Assembly: GCA_965242965.1 (NCBI GenBank) | Contig: OZ251518.1 | Coordinates: 3,648,001-3,712,000 of the forward strand | Direction: 5' to 3' | Source of the DNA: Candidatus Poribacteria bacterium | GTDB lineage: Bacteria; Poribacteria; WGA-4E; WGA-3G | Length of the DNA stretch: 64,000 bases | Shown here: piece after piece, positions 50,810 through 61,106 of the stretch | Layout of the letters: each line of letters opens with the position of its first letter | Position numbering within the stretch: position 1 is the first letter of the stretch | The notes under the pieces: generated by a model | The model's input: only the letters and a program-made list of their open reading frames with translations | Told to the model about the DNA's origin: nothing | Database searches by the model: none | Program-made: the position numbers and the translations under genes

Positions 50810-51235
50810 GTGTAGGTGCTGCAAATCGCGCCTACAAAAAATCGAGACCGGGAGGTCTCTCCTACCGGGGACAGTAAATTGAGGGTGTCTCATCATTCAC
50901 TCAACGTCGCGGGGGACAGGCCCCCGCGCTACGGTGAAAAAACGTCTCCCTTCACGTAGGGCTTGGGCCCTCGCATGCCACACGCGCATGCGAGCGGGTT
51001 TCCCTCGCCATGCGTTTTGCTGTTAGACCGCATTCCCCTGTAGTTCAGGATCGCCTGCTCCTGACCCGTTCGGGAGCGGGTGCTCCCGAACTACAGCGGT
51101 GGGCCTGATGCCTTCCCGGTAGGAGGGACATCCCTGTCCCGATAGGCACATCAACAAACGCATCAAGTCAGGTAGGCGGGACATCCTTGTCCCGATACGG
51201 TGTTTGTCGAGACCCGAGGTCTCTCCTACCGGGGA
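50810..51235. repeat. REP cluster
   Basis: TTGAGGGTGTCTCATCA at 50879 followed by GTAG hairpins. Confidence 0.8.
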
Positions 51236-51242
51236 CAATAAA

Positions 51243-52913
51243 TCACACGCGCATGACAACGGGGAGCACGAGAGGACTCCGCTGCATTTGCTTTGCGAAA
51301 AATCGGCGGAGCGCGCCCCGAATTTCGGCTTGGACCATCTCCGTTTCATCTTTCTGTTCATCGCTCAGGTTTTCAATGACGCGCCGCGTAATCTGCTTCG
51401 CCTCAGCCATCAATTCCTCCGATTTGTCCATGTAGACAAAGCCGCGAGAGATAATCTCCGGTTCAGTGGCAATCGCGCCCGCGTCGCTGTGCAGGACGAC
51501 AATCGGGATTACCATGCCGTCTTGCGAGAGGGTAATCCGGTCGCGGAGGACGATGTCCTCTAGTTCAATTTCGGGTTTGCCATCGACTAGCACGCGCCCA
51601 GAACGTCCTTTTCTGCCGAACACTTCACACGCATCAGGAGTGAGACGAATCAGTTCGCCATCTTCCGCCACTTTGATGTTGTCGTGGGGGATGCCGACAG
51701 ATTCGGCGAGTTCGGCGTGCCGCACGAGGTTCTGATACTCGCCGTGCATCGGGATGAAAAACTTGGGATGCAACAGATTGAGCATCAACTTCAGGTCCTC
51801 GCTAGCACCGTGTCCGGAGACATGCACGTTGGAGTTCCGTTCGTGGAATATCCGCGCGCCGCGTTTGAGCAGATGATTGACGACGTGCCCTACCGATTTT
51901 TCGTTACCGGGGATAATCCGCGCCGAGATGACGACGGTATCCCCCGACTCCACCTTTAAAAACGGGTGCGTGTCAAGAGCCATCAGTGCCATCGCCGAGC
52001 GCGGTTCGCCTTGGCTGCCCGTGCTTAAAACGACTACCTCATGCGGTTTGAACATGGCGGCATCGCGCGCATCTATCAGATAGTCCGGGTTGATTTTCAG
52101 ATAGCCGAGTTCAGACGCGATGCGGACGTTGTTGATGAGCGAACGCCCGGTAACGGCGATGAGCCGCCGATGCTTGTCCGCCAAATCGATGAACTGCTGA
52201 ATCCGATGCAGACTTGACGAAAAGGTGCAGAGGAAGAGTTTCTGCTCCGTGTTCTGATAAATAGTGTCTATCGCGTCGTAGATGCTCCGTTCAGACGGCG
52301 TGTGTCCCGGCCAGTCGGCGTTCGTGCTGTCAGAAACGAGCAGTTGCACACCTTCCTCGCCGAGGCGCGCGAGGGTGTGGATATCGGTTAATTTCCTGTC
52401 AACCGGTGTCGTATCAAACTTAAAATCACCGGTATGCACGATAATCCCTGCCGGCGTGCGCAGCGCGATGGCGACAGCATCCGGAATACTATGCGTGACG
52501 TGAATGAATTCGGCGGAAAAATCGCCGAGGGTGAGCGTATCACCGGGTTCAATGGTATTGAGTTGTGCTTTCCCGAACACGCCGTATTCCCGCAGGCGGC
52601 CGCTGGCGATGGAGAGCGTCAATTGCGTGCCGTAGACTGGCACATCTAATTGCTGCAGCACATAAGCCAAGGCCCCGATGTGGTCTTCGTGCCCGTGCGT
52701 GAGGATGATGCCGCGCACTTTGTCACGGCGTTCCACGAGATAACTGATGTCCGGAAAAATCAGATCGACACCGGGCATATCGGCATTCGGGAGCATGAAA
52801 CCGGTATCAATGACGATGAGGTCATCCTCGGTTTCATACACCATCATGTTCAATCCGAATTCGCCGAGGCCGCCGAGCGGAATGATGCAAACTTCTTCAA
52901 AGTTATGGTTCAT
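51243..52913 (-). CDS. rnj: Ribonuclease J
   Basis: PLGGLGEFG, THGHEDHIG, HTGDFK, DSTNA, TGSQGEP, HVSGH, PMHGE. Confidence 0.96.
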   Translation of the reverse strand: MNHNFEEVCIIPLGGLGEFGLNMMVYETEDDLIVIDTGFMLPNADMPGVDLIFPDISYLVERRDKVRGIILTHGHEDHIGALAYVLQQLDVPVYGTQLTLSIASGRLREYGVFGKAQLNTIEPGDTLTLGDFSAEFIHVTHSIPDAVAIALRTPAGIIVHTGDFKFDTTPVDRKLTDIHTLARLGEEGVQLLVSDSTNADWPGHTPSERSIYDAIDTIYQNTEQKLFLCTFSSSLHRIQQFIDLADKHRRLIAVTGRSLINNVRIASELGYLKINPDYLIDARDAAMFKPHEVVVLSTGSQGEPRSAMALMALDTHPFLKVESGDTVVISARIIPGNEKSVGHVVNHLLKRGARIFHERNSNVHVSGHGASEDLKLMLNLLHPKFFIPMHGEYQNLVRHAELAESVGIPHDNIKVAEDGELIRLTPDACEVFGRKGRSGRVLVDGKPEIELEDIVLRDRITLSQDGMVIPIVVLHSDAGAIATEPEIISRGFVYMDKSEELMAEAKQITRRVIENLSDEQKDETEMVQAEIRGALRRFFAKQMQRSPLVLPVVMRV

Positions 52914-52994
52914 ATTTTCGTTTAACGCTGTTCTAATAAATGGCGAGCTCAGGCGAGCTCGCGCTATAAAGGAAAATTACGTTCAAGGATAGGC

Positions 52995-53275
52995 GTTTTT
53001 TTCACCGTAGCGCGGGGGCCTGTCCCCCGCGATCGTCCGAGTCCGCGAAACGCGCATGCGAGCGGGTTTCCCCGCGATCGTTGCATGGCGAGGGACAGGC
53101 CCTCGCCCTACGGTGGAGGAGCGGCGTTTTTTTACCGTAGCGCGGGGGCCTGTCCCCCGCGATCGTCCGAGTCCGCGAAACGCGCATGCGAGCGGGTTTC
53201 CCCGCGATCGTTGCATGGCGAGGGACAGGCCCTCGCCCTACGGTGTCGGGCCGCGCCCTACGTCCACGCGTGGCT
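52995..53275. repeat. Tandem duplication of an about 130-bp REP doublet
   Basis: ACCGTAGCGCGGGGGCCTGTCCCCCGCGATCGTCCGAGTCCGCGAAACG...CCCTACGGTG twice. Confidence 0.85.
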
Positions 53276-56003
53276 ACACGACGATATTAATCAGCCGATT
53301 CGGCACCACGATAACTTTACGGATAGGCTTACCAGCAACGAAACGCTGGATACGTTCATCAGCAAGGGCGGCTTCTTCGATGGCTTTGTCCGAAGCATCG
53401 GCAGGCAACTCCAGCCGATTGCGGAGTTTTCCGTTAACCTGCGCGACAATCGTTACCGTGGCCTCTGCCAGCACCTGTTCGTCGTGAACGGGCCAGGTTT
53501 CGTGCGCGATGAGTTCTGCCTCGCCGAGGCGATGCCACAACTCCTGCGCGATGTGCGGCGCATACGGCGCAAGAAGCCGAAGGAACACTTTCAACGTCGC
53601 CTTTGGAATCGTCTCCGCCTGCGTCGCGTTATTGACGAAAATCATCATCGCACTGACAGCGGTGTTCATTTTGTCAATGGATTCGGTATCCTCTGTCACC
53701 TGCTTGATAGTTTGGTGGAGTTCCTTCCAGAGTTGCGGGTTGCTGGCACCCGGTGCATCGGTGAGCCGTTTGCTCAATTCGCCGTTCTCTTCGTTCACAA
53801 CGAGCCGCCAGACGCGCTGGAGGAACCGATGAACTCCCTCTACACCGGCGGTTTGCCACGGGGTGCTCGCCGTGACAGGGCCAATGAACAGGAGGTAAAG
53901 CCGAATCGAATCCGCTCCGTATGTATCAATGACATCGTTCGGGTTGATACCGTTGAGTTTCGATTTGGACATCTTCTCCATCTGCGCGCTGAGGGGTGTC
54001 CCGGTAGATTTCTCGACGAACGCGCCATCTTTCTCCGCTACGTCGTGCGGATAGTAGTATTTCCCCGCTGCGTCTTGATAAGATTCAGCGAGAATTGTGC
54101 CTTGATTGACTAGCCCTTGGAACGGTTCTTTCGTTGAGACGAGGCCGCAATCATAAAGCACCTTATGCCAAAAGCGCGCGTAGAGCAGATGAAGCACCGC
54201 GTGCTCAGTGCCGCCCATGTAAAGATCTACGGGCATCCAATAGCGTTCCAACTCGCTGTCCCACGGAGCTTCGGCGTTGTGCGCGTCCAGATAGCGGAGA
54301 TAATACCAGCACGAACCAGCCCATTGCGGCATGATGTTGGTTTCTCGGCGCGCCTTCCTGCCATCGGGAAGTATGATATTCAACCACTCGTCTGAAGCGC
54401 GCGCAAGCGGGGGTTCGCCATCAGCTGTCGGTTTATAGGCATCGACAGAGGGCAATTCAATCGGCAGTGCTTCATCGGGTAGCGGGACGATGCTTCCGTT
54501 TTCCTCCCCGTTTTCCCCATCATTTGCAACGTGCGCCAGTGGGAACGGTTCACCCCAATAACGTTGCCGGGAGAAGAGCCAATCGCGCAGACGATACTGG
54601 ACCTGCCGCGTGCCTTTCTTCTCGCTTTCTAGCCACGCTATCATCGTCTCCTTTGCGTCAGCGACGCGCAGCCCGTTGAGGAACCCGCTGTTGACGCAGA
54701 CACCGTCGCCGACGAAAGGTCTTTTTGTTGTTCGCAAGGCGTTCGATAACGTGTCCCGTGCAATCACGTCTCTCTCCGTAAATCCGTCATTGACGTTGTC
54801 AATGACTACGTTTTTGATAGAAGGACCAGAAGGGGTTTCTTCTGTGGAAGATGCACGGTTAGAAACCGCGCCTACAGGCGACGTTTCCTCTTTGAGCGGT
54901 TGGATCACCGCAACGATAGGGAGCCCGAAGGCTGTGGCAAACTCGTGGTCCCGTTCGTCGTGCCCCGGCACCCCCATGATGGCACCCGTGCCGTAGGTAA
55001 TCAGCACATAGTCCGCCACCCAGATAGGGATAGGTTCGTTGTTCGCCGGGTTGATGGCATAAGCCCCCGTGAAAACGCCTGTTTTTTCTATCGCCAGGTC
55101 CGTCCGCTGCAAGTCAGATTTGTTAACGGCTTCCTTGACGTAGTCGGTAACAGCGGCTTCTTGTTCCGGTGATGTGATTTCGGCGACGAGCGGATGTTCT
55201 GGTGCCAGCACGCAGTAAGTCGCGCCGAAGAGGGTATCCGGCCGCGTGGTAAAGACGGTGAATGTGCTATCGCTATCTGTCACTTGGAAGTGAACCTCTG
55301 CGCCTTCGGACTTGCCGATCCAGTGGCGTTGCATCTCCTTGAGGCCATCGGGCCAGTCAAGTTCCCCGAGGTCAGCGAGGAGACGTTCGGCGTAGGCGGT
55401 GATTTTAAGCATCCACTGCCGCATGAGACGGCGTTCCACCGGGTCACCGGTGTCGACATATTTTCCGTCTTTGACTTCCTCGTTTGAGAGGACGGTGCCG
55501 AGTGCTGGGCACCAATTGACAGGGACATCGGCGAGGTATGCCAGTCCTTTTTCATAAAGGCGGAGGAACATCCACTGCGTCCATTTGTAGTAGTCAGGCG
55601 CGGAGGTGTCGATTTCGCGCGTCCAATCGTATGAGAAGCCGAGGCGTTGTATCTGCTGCCGGAAGGTATCGGTATTCCGCCGTGTGATAATGGCGGGGTG
55701 TATATCTTCACGCACCGCGGTGCGTTCGGTGGGGAGCCCGAAGGCATCCCAGCCCATCGGGTGCATGACGTGATACCCCTGCATGCGCCGGAAATTCGCG
55801 AGGACATCGGTGGGGACGTAGTTTTTCGGGTGCCCCATGTGCAGCCCCGCGCCGGAGGCGTAAGGGAACATGCCTAGCACATAAAATTTAGGCTTCTGTT
55901 TCAAGATGTGAATGTCGTTTGGTATTTTGAATGCCTCGCGTTCGCGCCAGACTGCCTGCCAGTGCGGCTCAATTTCTGCGGGGACATAACCGTGATTTTC
56001 CAT
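53274..56003 (-). CDS. leuS: Leucine--tRNA ligase
   Basis: [14 protein letters not shown] (HIGH), [31 protein letters not shown]. Confidence 0.97.
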   Translation of the reverse strand: MENHGYVPAEIEPHWQAVWREREAFKIPNDIHILKQKPKFYVLGMFPYASGAGLHMGHPKNYVPTDVLANFRRMQGYHVMHPMGWDAFGLPTERTAVREDIHPAIITRRNTDTFRQQIQRLGFSYDWTREIDTSAPDYYKWTQWMFLRLYEKGLAYLADVPVNWCPALGTVLSNEEVKDGKYVDTGDPVERRLMRQWMLKITAYAERLLADLGELDWPDGLKEMQRHWIGKSEGAEVHFQVTDSDSTFTVFTTRPDTLFGATYCVLAPEHPLVAEITSPEQEAAVTDYVKEAVNKSDLQRTDLAIEKTGVFTGAYAINPANNEPIPIWVADYVLITYGTGAIMGVPGHDERDHEFATAFGLPIVAVIQPLKEETSPVGAVSNRASSTEETPSGPSIKNVVIDNVNDGFTERDVIARDTLSNALRTTKRPFVGDGVCVNSGFLNGLRVADAKETMIAWLESEKKGTRQVQYRLRDWLFSRQRYWGEPFPLAHVANDGENGEENGSIVPLPDEALPIELPSVDAYKPTADGEPPLARASDEWLNIILPDGRKARRETNIMPQWAGSCWYYLRYLDAHNAEAPWDSELERYWMPVDLYMGGTEHAVLHLLYARFWHKVLYDCGLVSTKEPFQGLVNQGTILAESYQDAAGKYYYPHDVAEKDGAFVEKSTGTPLSAQMEKMSKSKLNGINPNDVIDTYGADSIRLYLLFIGPVTASTPWQTAGVEGVHRFLQRVWRLVVNEENGELSKRLTDAPGASNPQLWKELHQTIKQVTEDTESIDKMNTAVSAMMIFVNNATQAETIPKATLKVFLRLLAPYAPHIAQELWHRLGEAELIAHETWPVHDEQVLAEATVTIVAQVNGKLRNRLELPADASDKAIEEAALADERIQRFVAGKPIRKVIVVPNRLINIVV

Positions 56004-56151
56004 TTTTTCGTAGTGTAGCCAAGCGTTCGGCAGTATTTCGGACGAACGCCGGTGCCTCCTTCGTTAAGTTTGGCATTGAAGGGCTCTAACGAACTGTGCT
56101 GCTCAGAGACTTCCAATGCCGTGCGATGAAAGTTGCGTGGGGATGCGCGGT

Positions 56152-56364
56152 TTAATTCAGCGCGCTAATAATCGATGCGACCGCGCCTGCCAGTGCTCCT
56201 ACGCCGAGCAGTGCCGCGAGCCCGCCGAAAATGTAGTTGAGCCGTTTTTCAACGGCGGACAGACGTTCCTCAATCTTGTCAACGCGCGCGTTGAGATTAC
56301 CGACATCTGTCTTGAGTTCGTCCAATTTCTGTAGTGCTCGTTTTTGGAATTCTTCGTTCGTCAT
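56152..56364 (-). CDS. Small coiled-coil protein with C-terminal TM helix, copy 1 (70 aa)
   Basis: AAGGAGG RBS; MTNEEFQK..IEERL..YIFGGLAALLGVGALAGAVASIISALN. Confidence 0.75.
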   Translation of the reverse strand: MTNEEFQKRALQKLDELKTDVGNLNARVDKIEERLSAVEKRLNYIFGGLAALLGVGALAGAVASIISALN

Positions 56365-56412
56365 TGCCGAGGCCTCCTTTGCCATGAAAGTTGCGTGGTG
56401 CCGATGCGCGGG

Positions 56413-56604
56413 TTAATTCAGCGCGCTAATAATCGATGCGACTGCGCCTGCCAGTGCCCCTACGCCGAGCAGTGCGGCGAGCCCGCCGAAAATGTAGTTG
56501 AGCCGCTTTTCAACGGAGGACAGACGTTCCTCAATCTTGTCAACGCACGTGTTGAGTTCGTCCAATTTCTGTAGCACCTGTTTTTGGAATTCTTCGTTCG
56601 TCAT
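56413..56604 (-). CDS. Small coiled-coil protein with C-terminal TM helix, copy 2 (63 aa)
   Basis: AAGGAGG RBS; near-identical tandem paralogue. Confidence 0.75.
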   Translation of the reverse strand: MTNEEFQKQVLQKLDELNTCVDKIEERLSSVEKRLNYIFGGLAALLGVGALAGAVASIISALN

Positions 56605-56669
56605 TTGTTTCGTATCCTCCTTAAGTGTTGATTTCAGTGTTTGCAAGGCGCGCTGCAAATGGACTCCTC

Positions 56670-56963
56670 TCTGTAGTTTGTGATCGCCTGATCACAAACA
56701 GGTAAGGAGCAGGTGCTCCTTACCTACAGGGCCCGGCGAGCGAGCGATGGCGGGGCCTGTCCCTCGCCCTACGATGACATGCCGTTTTTTCCCGTAGCGC
56801 GGGGGCCTGTCCCCCGCGATTGTTGGATTGCGCGAGGCATGGCGAGGGACAGGCCCTCGCCCTACGATGAAGGGGGGGTTCTGCCGCCGCGGCCCCGGGA
56901 GGCGCGCCGCTCTATTGCATCGAGACCAGGAGAGCTCTCCTACACAGATTTATGAAACCCCCT
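56670..56963. repeat. REP cluster ending in the terminal repeat
   Basis: GTAG hairpins; TTATGAAACCCCCT at 56950. Confidence 0.8.
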
Positions 56964-57000
56964 GCAAACCAATATATCTATTAAAACATATTATGCAAGG

Positions 57001-57356
57001 TTGACATACTCCCTACACGCTAAAGACGGCTGGCACATGTGCCAGACCTCGTGGGGATTCAATGGTGTCGGTATCCCGTTGCTTTGTGTGGAATTCTGCG
57101 ATGTGTGCGACCGACCGCACGCGTGAGATGCATGGTTACCCGCGTCTGACACTCACTCTCACACTAGACTGATGCCCCGCCTAGATGATGGGTGGTAGAT
57201 AACCGAACAATGCAGCATAACCCGACTTTCGCCCGGTCATCTACCGTCGGTGTTTTACAGGGTCTCACCTGCAACCCGCCAACGCCTCTTTCCACAGAGA
57301 CAGATAGGCACCGCGACTTGGATTGCCGCGGGTGGAAACGCCTATCCAGCAGGTTA
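57001..57356 (-). ncRNA. Putative structured omega-RNA-like transcript
   Basis: Downstream of an internal promoter; nested stems; 3' part shares GGGGCATC, GTGTCAGAC, GAATCCCC and GGGAGTATGTCAA with the tnpB scaffold. Confidence 0.55.
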
Positions 57357-57361
57357 CAGAT

Positions 57362-57390
57362 AGTATACCACATTTCTTTTTGCAATGCAA
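57362..57390 (-). promoter_or_regulatory. Internal promoter of the mini-element
   Basis: TTGCAT-17 nt-TATACT with TGn extended -10. Confidence 0.6.
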
Positions 57391-57520
57391 GTCTTTTTTT
57401 TCATTCTATACCGTTAGCGATGTCTACATCCCGCAGTCTGAAGACTAGGGATTTGACATCGAAGATGTGGTTAATGCAAGGAAATTTTTATGCATCGCGG
57501 TATTGTGGCGATAAAAAAAC

Positions 57521-57549
57521 TTGACACGTTAAATTTTTTGCGGTATACT
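57521..57549 (+). promoter_or_regulatory. Promoter of the PIN TA operon
   Basis: TTGACA-17 nt-TATACT. Confidence 0.65.
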
Positions 57550-57651
57550 GAATGGATAAACGGGACAGGCCCCGCGCTACGGTTATTTTGTCGTTCGGGT
57601 TTGCCTGATGCCGGATGGAAACAAGAGAAAAAAGATAACGGAGGACAAACC

Positions 57652-57906
57652 ATGCCAACGGTTGCACTGACAACCCAACAGATTATCGGATGCATCCAGC
57701 AGATGTCACCCGAAGAACGATTCAAGGCACTGCGGGTGCTTGCTAGAAGCACACCCAAAGCACGCGAATTGCAAATGAAACACTCTGAACCTAGCATCCG
57801 TCAGGAGTGCGCGCAGCGCGGACTGGATTGGGACGCGATGGACGATGAAGAGCGGCTCGATTTTATTAACGACATCATCCATGAGGACCGCGCATGCCCC
57901 CCATAG
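57652..57906 (+). CDS. Putative antitoxin (84 aa)
   Basis: GGAGG RBS; RGLDWDAMDDEERLDFINDIIHE; overlaps the PIN gene. Confidence 0.7.
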   Translation: MPTVALTTQQIIGCIQQMSPEERFKALRVLARSTPKARELQMKHSEPSIRQECAQRGLDWDAMDDEERLDFINDIIHEDRACPP

Positions 57907-58298
57907 TCGTCTACGATACCAACGTGCTCTTCTCTTGGACACGCTGGCGGGGCACGCCTTACCGATGTGTTGAACTCGCGCGGCACGGCATCGTCGTGGG
58001 ACTGATTTGTGATGAACTCCTGGATGAGCTCGTCGGCGTGCTCGCCCGCAGGAAATACCCCATCACAGAAATTCTCAGCAAACAAGAAGATCTTGTCACT
58101 TTCCTCAAGTTCGTTGAGATTCCTCGTCAGCTCCATGGAGTCTGTGCCGATCCCGATGACGACATGGTGATTGAATGCGCTGTCGTCGGTGGGGCAACCC
58201 ACCTCATCACCGGTGACACAAAGCACCTGTTACCTCTTCAACGTTATCAGGGGGTACTCATCGTGTCGCCCGCCGAGTTCATTGAGCAGTTCCCCTAA
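57894..58298 (+). CDS. PIN-domain toxin (VapC-like)
   Basis: VVYDTNVL, DPDDDMVIECA, LITGDTKHLL, IVSPAEF. Confidence 0.9.
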   Translation: MPPIVVYDTNVLFSWTRWRGTPYRCVELARHGIVVGLICDELLDELVGVLARRKYPITEILSKQEDLVTFLKFVEIPRQLHGVCADPDDDMVIECAVVGGATHLITGDTKHLLPLQRYQGVLIVSPAEFIEQFP

Positions 58299-58671
58299 CC
58301 AGTCCCGCGTTTTTTATCGGGAAGGCGAACGGGTTTCCCTATAGAGGGATGCGCGTCACAGAAAGATCGCGGGGGACAGGCCCCCGCGCTACGGTGATAG
58401 GTGGCGTTTTCAGTTCGCGGGGGACAGGCCCCCGCGCTCCGGTGATGGATGGCGGCTCCAATTCCCGCGCGACGTTAGCCGCGATGCAAAATTTGTCACA
58501 AATTTTTAACTGTTTCTCAAAACAATCGTAACATTTAAACGGTAAAGTCCATTACGAACGAATTTGGAGAACGCAAATGCCGCGCTATTGCAGCGCGCAG
58601 GATGACACAACACTTCAACACGGAGGAACTAGTTCGGTGGAAAACCGATTCCTCCACTACGGAGAAGAAAG

Positions 58672-60117
58672 ATGAGAGACAAATTATCGCGGCGGCAGTT
58701 TTTACGCACCAGCGCGCTCGCCAGTGCATCCATCGCTGTCAGCCTCGGTTTTATAGGATGTAACCGCGCCTTACTCGACAACATCCCCGGTTTCAAACCT
58801 GAGCTGCCCTATCAATTCACGCCCAGCGCGAACCGACTCCTCGACCTGCCGGAAGGCTTCACCGCCAACGCTGTCTCACGAACCGGCGAGATGATGGACG
58901 ATGGACTCTGGGTTCCGGGTAAACACGACGGCATGGCCGCCTTCCCCGGCCCCAACGGGAAAACCATCCTCATCCGCAATCACGAATTGAACGCAACCGA
59001 CAAGACGCTCGGGGCATTTGGATGGAATAATGAGAAGATTGCGCGCGCGGAGAGTGACAAATTCTACGATACCGGTTCTGGAGAGACACCCGGACTCGGA
59101 GGCACGACGACGCTTGTCTATGACACCCGCACAGCGGAATTGGATAAGCATTTCCTGAGTTTAGTCGGCACAATCCGCAATTGTGCCGGCGGACTGACTC
59201 CCTGGCAGACATGGATTACCTGCGAGGAAACCGTCCAAAAGGCAGAGAAAACTTACGAACAGGACCACGGTTACAACTTTGAAGTGCCTGTCTCTGCTAC
59301 CATCGGACTTGCAACGCCTATCCCACTCAAGGCGATGGGACGGTTCAACCACGAGGCTATCGCCGTGGACTCGCGCACCGGCATTGTCTACCAGACCGAG
59401 GATAGAAACGATGGACTCATCTATCGGTTTATTCCTGAACAGCAAGGCGAGCTCGCTAAAGGCGGCCGCCTGCAGGCACTCAAAATCCGCGATGTCAAAG
59501 GCGCGGATACCCGAAATTGGAAAAGCGGCACGCAACAGTTTTTCCCATGGACATACAAACCTTTCCCGGTAGGCGAAGTTCTGGATGTCGCATGGGTGGA
59601 TATTGAGAACGTGGAGTCGCCGAAGGATGATCTTCGCAGACAAGGCATTGAGGGAAAAGACGCTGCCAAATTCGCACGCGGCGAAGGAGTATGGTTCAGC
59701 GGCACCGATTTCTATATCGCCTGCACGAACGGCGGCATCAAGCGAAAAGGGCAAATCTGGCGATACACACCCAGCCCTTACGAAGGCACAACCGACGAAG
59801 AAAAACAGCCTGGCACGCTGCAACTCTTCATTGAACCGAACGATAGCAATCTCCTCGAAAACGCCGATAACCTGACCGTGACACCGTGGGGAGATCTGAT
59901 TCTCTGTGAGGACGGACCGAGGGAGCAATTTTTGGTAGGCGTAACGCCGGAGGGGCATCTCTATCGATTCGCGCGTAACGCCGGCAATACCTCCGAATTA
60001 GCAGGCGCGACGTTCTCACCCGATGGCACGACGTTGTTCATAAATATCCAGAATCAAGGAATTACGCTTGCGATCACGGGCCCATGGCATGAGATTCGCC
60101 AGCGGCCGTTGGGGTGA
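58672..60117 (+). CDS. phoX: PhoX-family (DUF839) alkaline phosphatase, Tat-exported
   Basis: SRRQFL Tat signal, HDGMAAF, RNHE, NCAGG.TPW.TWITCEE, GRFNHEA, FARGEG, DNLTV..CEDG, ELAGATFSPDG. Confidence 0.88.
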   Translation: MRDKLSRRQFLRTSALASASIAVSLGFIGCNRALLDNIPGFKPELPYQFTPSANRLLDLPEGFTANAVSRTGEMMDDGLWVPGKHDGMAAFPGPNGKTILIRNHELNATDKTLGAFGWNNEKIARAESDKFYDTGSGETPGLGGTTTLVYDTRTAELDKHFLSLVGTIRNCAGGLTPWQTWITCEETVQKAEKTYEQDHGYNFEVPVSATIGLATPIPLKAMGRFNHEAIAVDSRTGIVYQTEDRNDGLIYRFIPEQQGELAKGGRLQALKIRDVKGADTRNWKSGTQQFFPWTYKPFPVGEVLDVAWVDIENVESPKDDLRRQGIEGKDAAKFARGEGVWFSGTDFYIACTNGGIKRKGQIWRYTPSPYEGTTDEEKQPGTLQLFIEPNDSNLLENADNLTVTPWGDLILCEDGPREQFLVGVTPEGHLYRFARNAGNTSELAGATFSPDGTTLFINIQNQGITLAITGPWHEIRQRPLG

Positions 60118-60137
60118 TGTAGATGTCCTGTGCTTTC

Positions 60138-61055
60138 CCCGTAGCGCGGGGGCCTGTCCCCCGCGATCACCATCATTACGAGGTGCGTCTAGGTCCTTTA
60201 GGACCTAAATGTCTATAGCAACCCGTGTCGTGCCGTTTTCAAGGTCCTTTAGGTCCTTAATAAAAACCATGCGCCGCAAAACACATTAAGGACCTAAAGG
60301 ACCTTAACTCTCTTCGCGTCCTCAAGTGCTATAGACATTAAGGACCTAAAGGACCTTAAGAGCCGTTTTTTTTCTAGTGCGGACGCTGGCGAGGGACAGG
60401 CCCTCGCCCTACGATGAAGGGAGACGGCCTCGACAACCGTAGCGCGGGGGCCTGTCCCCCGCGATCGTTCCTTGCAAGAACCGTTTTTTCCACCGTAGCG
60501 CGGGGGCCTGTCCCCCGCGATCGTTGGGGTACGCGGACGATTCGCCACCCCATCTGTAGTTCGGGAGCGCCCGCTCCCGAAACGGGTCAAGAGCAGGTGC
60601 TCTTGACCTACAGAGAAGAGGAGGTCTGGTGCCTGAACGATGGCGAGGGACAGGCCCCCGCCCTACGGTAGCGCGTGCGTTTTTTGTTGGTGACCGCGGG
60701 GATGCGTTTTTTTTCACCGTAGCGCGGGGGCCTGTCCCCCGCGATCGTTGGGATACGCGGACGATTCGCTCCCCCATCTGTAGTTCGGGAGCGCCCGCTC
60801 CCGCACGGGTCAAGAGCAGGCGCTCTTGCCCTACAGAGAAGAGGGAGGAGGTCTGGCGATCGAACGATGGCGAGGGACAGGCCCTCGCCCTACGGTAACC
60901 CGTGCGTTTTTTGTTGGTGACCGCGGGGATGCGTTTTTTCCCCGTAGCGCGGGGGCCTGTCCCCCGCGATCGTCAAATTACGCGTGCCTGAACGATGGCT
61001 GGGGAAACCCGCTCGAATGCGCGTATGGCATCCGAGGGCCCAAGCCCTACGATAA
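60138..61055. repeat. REP cluster with about 240-bp tandem units
   Basis: Repeated CATCTGTAGTTCGGGAGCGCCCGCTCCCG..CAAGAGCAGG..CTCTTG units. Confidence 0.85.
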
Positions 61056-61106
61056 CACGAACCGTTTTTTTTTTCATTAAATGCAAAACAATTGGGAGAA
61101 AAACAC

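Larger units (their letters stand above)
57001..57470 (-). mobile_element. Non-autonomous IS200/IS605-derived element, no credible protein gene, ends homologous to the tnpB element
   Basis: Right end GAATCCCC..CCGTCTTTAGCGTGTAGGGAGTATGTCAA; left end TCAAATCCC..GCGGGATGTAGA; TTAA flank at the same spacing as at 23580. Confidence 0.8.

Noticed and set aside
56004-56125. T-box riboswitch before leuS
   Set aside because: No UGGNACC antiterminator bulge (AGGCACC instead), no Stem I motifs and too short; kept only as a generic structured-RNA candidate
57164-57385. 73-aa ORF within the mini-element
   Set aside because: It starts inside the predicted promoter with no RBS; only its GASV end echoes the TnpB tail, which overlaps the RNA scaffold
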